The notes under the pieces: generated by a model
Databases searched by the model: none
What the model was told of the DNA's origin: nothing
Seen by the model: the letters and a program-made list of their open reading frames with translations, nothing else
In this document: piece by piece, positions 57,856 to 64,000 of the stretch
Layout: every line of letters begins with the position of its first letter
How positions within the stretch are numbered: the stretch's first letter is position 1
Translations under genes and position numbers: made by a program
Source: Thermoproteota archaeon
GTDB taxonomy: Archaea; Korarchaeota; Korarchaeia; Korarchaeales; Korarchaeaceae
Assembly (NCBI GenBank): GCA_026986575.1
Contig: JALSOH010000004.1
Span: forward strand, 32,001-96,000
Direction: 5' to 3'
Length of the DNA stretch: 64,000 bases

Positions 57856-58766
57856 TCCCCCTCCCCCGTAAGCCTGAGGGGGCCATCTGCAGTCACGAGA
57901 ACTGTGTCCTCGTATTGGGCGACCATCATGCCTGAGACCTCGACCAAGGGAGGGTAGGGTATGAGGATCCTCTTATCCACAAGTCTGGACAGAGCATGAT
58001 TAACTCTGTGGCCGATCTCCCTGAATAACCATCTCTCGCAGAAGGGAAGTCCCTTGTAGTTCTTTTCCACTATCTTGAGAATTCTCCTCTCCATCTCATC
58101 GCGGGTCCTGCCCTTCTTCCTACCCAAGGAGAATATTAGGGGCTCCCCCAAAGGAACCACATACCCTCTGGCCTCCGGGAATGTTACGAAGGGCTCTATC
58201 GCGAAGATATCTCCATCCTTGATCCTGTAACCCATGCTTCTTCCGGTTGGGACGTTTGGAACCTCGACGCCAGCGTGGAGTTCGTATGCCCTCACCATAT
58301 GGCCAGTGAGGTTGCGTATGGGCTTGTATCCTGCTGATACTATCGTGTCATATATCGCCTCGCTGACCTCCCTTATCTTACTCCCCGGAATCATCCTCTC
58401 TATCGCCCTATCGAGCGCCTCTCTGGCAACTTGAACCATCTCCTCGTACTTCTCATCGAGAGCGACGGATCTAGCCGCATCTACTATCCACCCTTCCAAG
58501 TGGGAGCCCATGTCCAGCTTTATCAAGCCGGTTTCCGGGATCCTCAATTCGTCTCCGGGAAAGGGAGTGTAGTGAGCTGCGACCTCGTTTATGGAGAGGT
58601 TAGTGGGGAAGGCCAGTGAGTATCCCCTCTCCCTGACCAGTCTCTCGGATTCTTCAACAAGATCCAAAACGCTTGCACCGGGTTCAATCTTTCTTCTCAT
58701 CTGCTCTAGGATGTAAGAGTGCTCTTCACCCAGTTTCAAGTAAGATTCAAGCTGCTCATTATCCAT
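57852..58766 (-). CDS. map: Methionine aminopeptidase type II
   Basis: AFPTNLSINEVAAHYTP, KLDMG, NLTGH, AIEPF, AQYEDT. Confidence 0.95.
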   Translation of the reverse strand: MDNEQLESYLKLGEEHSYILEQMRRKIEPGASVLDLVEESERLVRERGYSLAFPTNLSINEVAAHYTPFPGDELRIPETGLIKLDMGSHLEGWIVDAARSVALDEKYEEMVQVAREALDRAIERMIPGSKIREVSEAIYDTIVSAGYKPIRNLTGHMVRAYELHAGVEVPNVPTGRSMGYRIKDGDIFAIEPFVTFPEARGYVVPLGEPLIFSLGRKKGRTRDEMERRILKIVEKNYKGLPFCERWLFREIGHRVNHALSRLVDKRILIPYPPLVEVSGMMVAQYEDTVLVTADGPLRLTGEGD

Positions 58767-58824
58767 ATCCTATCGCTGGGACTCTCACGGGAGGATTATT
58801 AAATCGTTTCATCCCATTCGCCTT

Positions 58825-59445
58825 GTGAAGTGGCTGGACGTTAGGAGAGGGTGCGATGACGCCTGCGTCAGTGAAGTGGTGAGTGTGTGGTGGTCCGGAG
58901 GGCTAGTGGTCTACCCCACAGACACTGTGTATGGGCTGGGGGCAGATGCGGAGAACGAGGAAGCGGTGTTGAGGGTGTACGAGGTCAAGGGTAGGGAGAG
59001 AGACAAGCCACTGACTATAGCGGTCAGCGACTTTGACATGTTGGAGGGGTACGCCGTGTTGAACAAGGTGAGCAGGGAGTTGGTTAGGCACTTCCTACCG
59101 GGCAAGGTGACTTTCATACTGCCCAAGACCAAGAGAGTTCCGGATTCTGTGAATCCTAAGGCCATAGGTGTGAGGATCCCGAATCTGGATCTGACTCGTG
59201 ACCTCATTAGATCCTTTGGTAGGGCCGTAACGGCCACCAGCGCGAACAGGTCGGGCTCACCCCCTAAGAGAGATCCGAGGGAGGTAGCTGAGGAGATTGA
59301 GGTGGATCTACTCCTTGACTACGGCGTCCTTCCACCCAGCAGACCATCTACTGTGGTTGACCTCACGGGTGAGAGACCTGTGCTAGTGAGGGAGGGGGAT
59401 GTACCATTCGAGGAAATACTGAGGGTCTACGAGAGGGTGAGGTGA
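58825..59445 (+). CDS. tsaC: Threonylcarbamoyl-AMP synthase, single-domain TsaC/YrdC type
   Basis: YPTDTVYGL, KGR..KPL, TSANRSG, PSTVVD; lacks the C-terminal SUA5 domain. Confidence 0.92.
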   Translation: MKWLDVRRGCDDACVSEVVSVWWSGGLVVYPTDTVYGLGADAENEEAVLRVYEVKGRERDKPLTIAVSDFDMLEGYAVLNKVSRELVRHFLPGKVTFILPKTKRVPDSVNPKAIGVRIPNLDLTRDLIRSFGRAVTATSANRSGSPPKRDPREVAEEIEVDLLLDYGVLPPSRPSTVVDLTGERPVLVREGDVPFEEILRVYERVR

Positions 59446-60419
59446 TCTCCCTAGGTATAGAGTCGACGGCCCACACCTTCGGAGTGGGGATCGTAACCTC
59501 AGAGGGCGAGATACTCGCCAACGTGTGGGACTCCTACAAGTCTCCAGAGGGGGGCATGAGGCCGCATGAGTTAGCTGAACATCATTTCAATACTGCAGTG
59601 AAGGTGATGAGGGACGCCTTGAATCGGGCTGGCCTGACCCTCTCTGACATCTCCATCATCGGTTATTCCCGGGGACCCGGAATAGGACAAGCTCTGTTAA
59701 TAGGGGCCTTCGTCGCCAGATCGCTGGCGCTGAAATATGAGAAGCCCCTAGTGGGTGTCAACCACCCCTTGGCCCACGTGGAGATAGGCAGGAAGGTCAC
59801 CAAGAGCTATGATCCCGTTGTGCTCTATGTTTCCGGCGGCAACACTCAGGTGATCACTCACAACGGCAGGAGGTATGTCGTCCTAGGAGAGACCCTAGAT
59901 GTGGGCTTGGGTAATGCTCAGGACAAATTGGGCAGAGAAATAGGACTGCCCTTTCCAGCTGGGCCGAAATTGGATAGGATGGTGGGTAAGTGGGTGGAGC
60001 TCCCCTACACCGTGAAGGGGATGGACCTTTCGTTCAGCGGCCTCCTCACCGAGGCATTGAGAAGGATAAAGTCGGGAGAGAGAGTCGAGGATGTCGTCTG
60101 GAGCTTCATGGAAGTGGCCTTTTCCATGACGATAGAAGTGGCCGAGAGGGCCTTGGCCCTGAGCGGTAAAGACGAGCTTTTATTGGTCGGAGGGGTCGCT
60201 GCCTCCCCTAGATTGAAGGAGAAAGCGGGGACTATGTGCCGCGAGAGGGGTGCCAAGCTCAAGGTGCCCCCCGTGGAGCTTGTGAGGGACAATGGGGCTA
60301 TGATAGCCTGGACCGCGATACTCTCTTATAGGATAAGGGGGGCCGAACCCATTAAGGAGTCCTCCATAAAACCCCAGTGGAGGATAGATGAGATAGAGTG
60401 GCCACTGACCGACATCTGA
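59442..60419 (+). CDS. kae1: tRNA N6-adenosine threonylcarbamoyltransferase Kae1
   Basis: GIESTAHT, HPLAHVE, YVSGGNT, LPYTVKGMD, DNGAMIA; not fused to Bud32. Confidence 0.96.
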   Translation: MISLGIESTAHTFGVGIVTSEGEILANVWDSYKSPEGGMRPHELAEHHFNTAVKVMRDALNRAGLTLSDISIIGYSRGPGIGQALLIGAFVARSLALKYEKPLVGVNHPLAHVEIGRKVTKSYDPVVLYVSGGNTQVITHNGRRYVVLGETLDVGLGNAQDKLGREIGLPFPAGPKLDRMVGKWVELPYTVKGMDLSFSGLLTEALRRIKSGERVEDVVWSFMEVAFSMTIEVAERALALSGKDELLLVGGVAASPRLKEKAGTMCRERGAKLKVPPVELVRDNGAMIAWTAILSYRIRGAEPIKESSIKPQWRIDEIEWPLTDI

Positions 60420-60429
60420 GGGTGATCGA

Positions 60430-61005
60430 TTGGGAAGGAAGAAGTTCAATGTGTGCCTATCGGGTCTCACCGGGAGCGGCAAGAGTACACTAGCTAGGAG
60501 GTTGGTTGAGAGGTACGGATTGAAGAGGATATCCGGCGGAGATATACTGAAGGAGATAATAGGGGGTAAGGAGAGCCTGAAGGATCCGGGCTGGTGGGAA
60601 AGGGAGGAGGCCAGCAGGGCGATGGCCGAGAGGATGTCCAATCCGGAGCTGGATAAGGAAGTGGACAGGAGGCTCATGTCCTTAGCCTCTGAGGGAGGCT
60701 ATGTACTGGACTCTTGGACCATGGCCTACCTCTTGGAATCCGAGGACTGTATCAAGATTTTCCTGAAAGCAGATCTAGAAGTTAGGGCCCTCAGAGTAGC
60801 TAGAAGAGACAGGATAAGCTTTGATGAGGCGGTAAAGAGAATAAAATTGAAGGAAGAGGAGACTTATCGCATCTATAAGAGAATCTACGGCTTTGAGCTC
60901 GGCAAAGACCTCACCCCCTTCCATCTAGTGATAGACACCACGAGGTTAAATGCCAGCGAAGTATTCTCCATAGTAAGCAAGTTTATTGATAGTTGGCTAA
61001 AATAA
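60430..61005 (+). CDS. cmk: Archaeal cytidylate kinase
   Basis: SGLTGSGKST, ISGG, DKEVD, RA.RVA.R, YG, IDT. Confidence 0.85.
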   Translation: MGRKKFNVCLSGLTGSGKSTLARRLVERYGLKRISGGDILKEIIGGKESLKDPGWWEREEASRAMAERMSNPELDKEVDRRLMSLASEGGYVLDSWTMAYLLESEDCIKIFLKADLEVRALRVARRDRISFDEAVKRIKLKEEETYRIYKRIYGFELGKDLTPFHLVIDTTRLNASEVFSIVSKFIDSWLK

Positions 61006-61118
61006 TTAGTTATTATATTTAGATTACCTTTCAGAGTATGGTTTCTTTTGTTACTAAGAAAGGCGGCGCTCGGCTCAACTTAATATTCGACGTTGGGCAA
61101 ATATGCATGATAGGAGAG

Positions 61119-61997
61119 ATGCTGGTAAAGGGGCTGCTGGATGAGGTAGAGGAGATAGGTCAGCGATATGGCATAGTAGGGAGACGAAAAGAGCTACTCA
61201 AGATGCTGGTCGCGGTCAAAAGCGGTAGACACATACTTTTGGAGGGACCGGTGGGTGTCGGCAAGACGCTCCTCGCCAGATCGATAGCCGAATACCTCTC
61301 TAGGGACTTCGTGAGGGTAGATGGTGATGAGAGACTTAACGAAACGAAGCTTATTGGATACTGGGACCCTCCTATGGTATTGAAGAAGGGATATGTCGAG
61401 GAGGCCTTCGTCCCAGGACCCCTCACTAGGGCTGCGACCAGCGGCTCTGTCCTCTTCATAAACGAGTTGAACAGACTCCCGGAATCGGCTCAGAACGCGC
61501 TTCTCCCCGTCATGGATGAGGGTCTCATCCACATACCCCACTTAGGGACCCTGAAAGCGAAGGAGGGGTTCCTCATAATAGCCACGCAGAATCCGGAGGA
61601 GGATGTAGGCGTGCTCAGGTTATCTGAGGCCTTGAAAGACAGGTTCGTTCTCGTTAAGCTGGGATATCCTAGGAGGGAGGAGGAGGTAGAGATAGTTAGG
61701 AGGCATGTGCCCGACATCGATGATGAAACCGCCGAGATCAGCGTGGATATAGTAAGGAGCACCAGAGAACACCCGAGCATCCTGAGGGGTGGTTCAATAA
61801 GATCGTCCATAGACTTGGCGAAGATAGCGCTGATGCTGAGGGGCGATGGGGATCGCTGGTATAATGCCGCTCTTATGGTCCTACCTCAGAGGATAGAGCT
61901 CAGGGATACAGCTGCTAGCAAGGAATCCCTGATAAGAGACATAGTTAGATCCGTACTTGGAGAGGGAGAGGGTTTTCTCGAATTGAGGAGCCGTTGA
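61119..61997 (+). CDS. MoxR family AAA+ ATPase
   Basis: LLEGPVGVGKT, FVPGPL, NELNR, ATQNP, ALKDRF. Confidence 0.92.
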   Translation: MLVKGLLDEVEEIGQRYGIVGRRKELLKMLVAVKSGRHILLEGPVGVGKTLLARSIAEYLSRDFVRVDGDERLNETKLIGYWDPPMVLKKGYVEEAFVPGPLTRAATSGSVLFINELNRLPESAQNALLPVMDEGLIHIPHLGTLKAKEGFLIIATQNPEEDVGVLRLSEALKDRFVLVKLGYPRREEEVEIVRRHVPDIDDETAEISVDIVRSTREHPSILRGGSIRSSIDLAKIALMLRGDGDRWYNAALMVLPQRIELRDTAASKESLIRDIVRSVLGEGEGFLELRSR

Positions 61998-62992
61998 AGG
62001 CTCCGATGACAGATTATCCCCAAGTAAGGAAAATACCAAACCTTAGGGAACCTCTGGCAAGCGACTATGAGGTGCTGAGGAAAGCTGCGGAGTACTACCT
62101 GATGGAGGGTGATCTCCAAGGATTGCTGAGGATATCTAACTATAGCCAGATAGTGGTGGCTAAGGCCATATCCAAGGGCAACTTCACGCCCAAGATGATC
62201 TCTTCCCTAGAGAGAGATCCTGAGGCCGCTGTCAGGCTGTACAGGCAGGTCAGATGGAGGCTAAACGAGAGAGCTAGGAGGATGTTCAGGCGACTGGTAG
62301 CCAAGGCCGTGGTGAACTTGGTTGCAAAGGGGATGAGGGGTAATTTGGAGGAGGACAGGAGATCAGAAGCACCTTATGAAGTGGGAATGGATTTTGATGT
62401 CGAGAGGACCATCGAAGACCTAATCGAGAGGGGAAAGAAGATAGATGAGTTGGATTACAGCGATATCGTGGGTTTAGATAAGAGGAGAGGGGAGTACTCT
62501 GCTGTCGTCATAATAGATTCCAGTGGTTCCATGTCCGGCAGGAAGATACTGAGCGCTGCTACCATGGCCGCGCTGATATCTCACAAGATCAGAGGAGGTA
62601 AGTACTCCGTTATTGGATTCAACAGCGAGGCCTTTCCGATCAAGCATGCGAATGAGAGAAAGGAGTCCGTGGAGGTCGTGGAGGATATATTGGACTTGGT
62701 GCCCTTGGGTTACACCAATATAGCTGACGGCTTAATCAAGGCTCTGGAGGAGTCCAAGGGTCTGGTGAATCCGAGGTTCATATTGCTGACCGATGGAGAG
62801 TACAACGTGGGGGAAGATCCGAGAAAAGTGGTATCCCATATCAGGGGATTGCATGTAGTTTACGTAGGGAGGAGATCTTCCAGCAGAGGAGCTAAGTTCT
62901 GCAGGGACCTAGCTAGACTGGGTAACGGCAAGTTCCACGAATTGAGAGATCCGCAAGAGATACCCAGACTTATGAGGAGCATACTTAGTTAA
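61994..62992 (+). CDS. von Willebrand factor A domain protein (MoxR partner)
   Basis: DSSGSM MIDAS, TNI, LLTDG; translationally coupled to MoxR. Confidence 0.9.
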   Translation: MKAPMTDYPQVRKIPNLREPLASDYEVLRKAAEYYLMEGDLQGLLRISNYSQIVVAKAISKGNFTPKMISSLERDPEAAVRLYRQVRWRLNERARRMFRRLVAKAVVNLVAKGMRGNLEEDRRSEAPYEVGMDFDVERTIEDLIERGKKIDELDYSDIVGLDKRRGEYSAVVIIDSSGSMSGRKILSAATMAALISHKIRGGKYSVIGFNSEAFPIKHANERKESVEVVEDILDLVPLGYTNIADGLIKALEESKGLVNPRFILLTDGEYNVGEDPRKVVSHIRGLHVVYVGRRSSSRGAKFCRDLARLGNGKFHELRDPQEIPRLMRSILS

Positions 62993-63043
62993 TTCTCGAG
63001 CGGGAATATAGTTAAATATCCTTGACACTCAGATAGAGAGCGG

Positions 63044-63133
63044 GCGGGGGTGGCCGAGATAGGTCCAAGGCGCCAGCCTTAGGAGCTGGTGGGCAGTAGG
63101 CCCGCGTGGGTTCGAATCCCACCCCCCGCACCA
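63044..63133 (+). tRNA. tRNA-Leu(TAG), CCA encoded
   Basis: GCGGGGG acceptor, CCAGC-CTTAGGA-GCTGG, long variable arm, TTCGAAT, ACCA end. Confidence 0.96.
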
Positions 63134-63268
63134 GTCAAGCCACATTCATCACGAATGCTAATCTGGCACTTAGTCCGCTGAGATACTATCGATCTAGACT
63201 CGATTGATCCACTTGGCTGGGCATTCCAAATCAGAATCTCGCACATTGTCCTATAAGCAGTTCAAGAA

Positions 63269-63345
63269 TGGTGCGGCCGCCGGGATTTGAACCCGGGTCG
63301 CCGGCTTGGGGGGCCGGCATCCTATCCAGGCTAGACTACGGCCGC
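63269..63345 (-). tRNA. tRNA-Gly(CCC), CCA encoded, C at position 33
   Basis: GCGGCCG acceptor, CCGGC-CCCCCAA-GCCGG, TTCAAAT, ACCA end. Confidence 0.9.
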
Positions 63346-63348
63346 ACA

Positions 63349-63426
63349 TGGCGGGCCCGGGGGGACTCGAACCCCCGACCTGCGGCTTAGGAGGCCGCCG
63401 CTCTATCCTTGCTGAGCTACGGGCCC
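63349..63426 (-). tRNA. tRNA-Arg(CCT), CCA encoded
   Basis: GGGCCCG acceptor, GCGGC-CTCCTAA-GCCGC, TTCGAGT, GCCA end; TTATAAA box at about 63458-63452. Confidence 0.96.
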
Positions 63427-63508
63427 TACTCAGTAGTTGAGGGTCAACCCATTTATAACTTTGACTCGGAACAAAACTTATTACGGTGATCTCCCCATAC
63501 AATGATGG

Positions 63509-63580
63509 GCCGGGTTGGCCGAGCGGTTCAGGCAGCGGGCTGCAGACCCGTAGACGGGGGTTCGAGTCCCCCACCCGGCT
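63509..63580 (+). tRNA. tRNA-Cys(GCA), CCA not encoded
   Basis: GCCGGGT/ACCCGGC, GCGGG-CTGCAGA-CCCGT, discriminator T; TTATTA box at 63478. Confidence 0.94.
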
Positions 63581-64000
63581 CTACCTCACTACCAGTCTTC
63601 CCTTCTTTACTCCCTTGCTCCTTCTGAGATGTTCGGTTTCGTAGAAGAGCTTCCTGAGAAGCTGCTCCTCGACCGGGTCAGGGTCCACGCCTCTGCGTGG
63701 AGCCATTCTCCTGTAGGTCCTGATGGCCGACTCGGGATCCAGCTCATAGAGGCCCCATCCTAGACTCCTAGCGTAAATGGTGAACGGAGGTACATCTTCA
63801 TGTACTAGACCATGTAGGTGCGATGCGGGACCGATCCTGACTCCCGCGTACGTCAATGTCCCTATGGAGAGCTTGGCATGATCTCCTATGAATGCGCCCA
63901 CTTTATTGAGGCCTGTCGGAACTCCTCCCACCTTGATCTCACCATAAGTGTTCTTCAAGTTGGAGGTTATGGATCCAGCTCCTATGTTCACCCACCTACC
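63581..64000 (-). CDS. GlmU-like sugar nucleotidyl/acetyltransferase C-terminus (partial)
   Basis: WVNIGAGSITSNLKN, GAFIGDHAK hexapeptide beta-helix. Confidence 0.75.
   Translation of the reverse strand, partial: GRWVNIGAGSITSNLKNTYGEIKVGGVPTGLNKVGAFIGDHAKLSIGTLTYAGVRIGPASHLHGLVHEDVPPFTIYARSLGWGLYELDPESAIRTYRRMAPRRGVDPDPVEEQLLRKLFYETEHLRRSKGVKKGRLVVR

Noticed and set aside
63146-63152. Box C motif GTGATGA on the minus strand
   Set aside because: No properly spaced downstream box D; it runs into antisense tRNA-Leu.
63251-63574. 107-aa ORF on the minus strand
   Set aside because: Runs across three tRNA genes; spurious.

Overview
Core (housekeeping) region of a thermophilic archaeon, most likely Korarchaeia. 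This assignment is an inference from PolD together with an unsplit Rpo1, Elf1, eS30, a short EF-1alpha indel and AGG/ATA-rich codon use. The window holds a replisome cluster (DP2, small OB-fold RPA-like protein, PCNA, PriL, PriS, GINS) running into L44e, S27e and aIF2alpha, and an RNA polymerase/ribosomal operon (rpo5, rpo2, rpo1, L30e, nusA, S12, S7). It also holds RNP and RNA-modification genes (Sm, Nop5, fibrillarin, Trm1, Gar1, SRP19, archease, EndA, TsaC, Kae1), thermosome, EF-1alpha-S10, the L3-L4-L23-L2-S19 operon, aRqcH with three CBS proteins, MoxR-vWA and five intron-less tRNAs. I saw no mobile element, CRISPR array, intein or rRNA. The most promising oddities are: a DUF1537 kinase-PdxA2-LarA cassette (candidate nickel-pincer tetronate 2-epimerase pathway); an EMC6-like membrane domain fused to an extracellular domain; a catalytically dead GAPDH homolog behind pgk; a strongly divergent RNAP bridge helix/F-loop; an ATT start for nusA; tRNA-Gly(CCC) with C33; two tRNAs whose CCA position is CTA and doubles as the antisense TAG stop of a convergent gene; a three-hairpin intergenic RNA candidate; and a Wzy-like paralog pair with a membrane-anchored partner. 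All family calls come from motif recognition by eye, without database searches.
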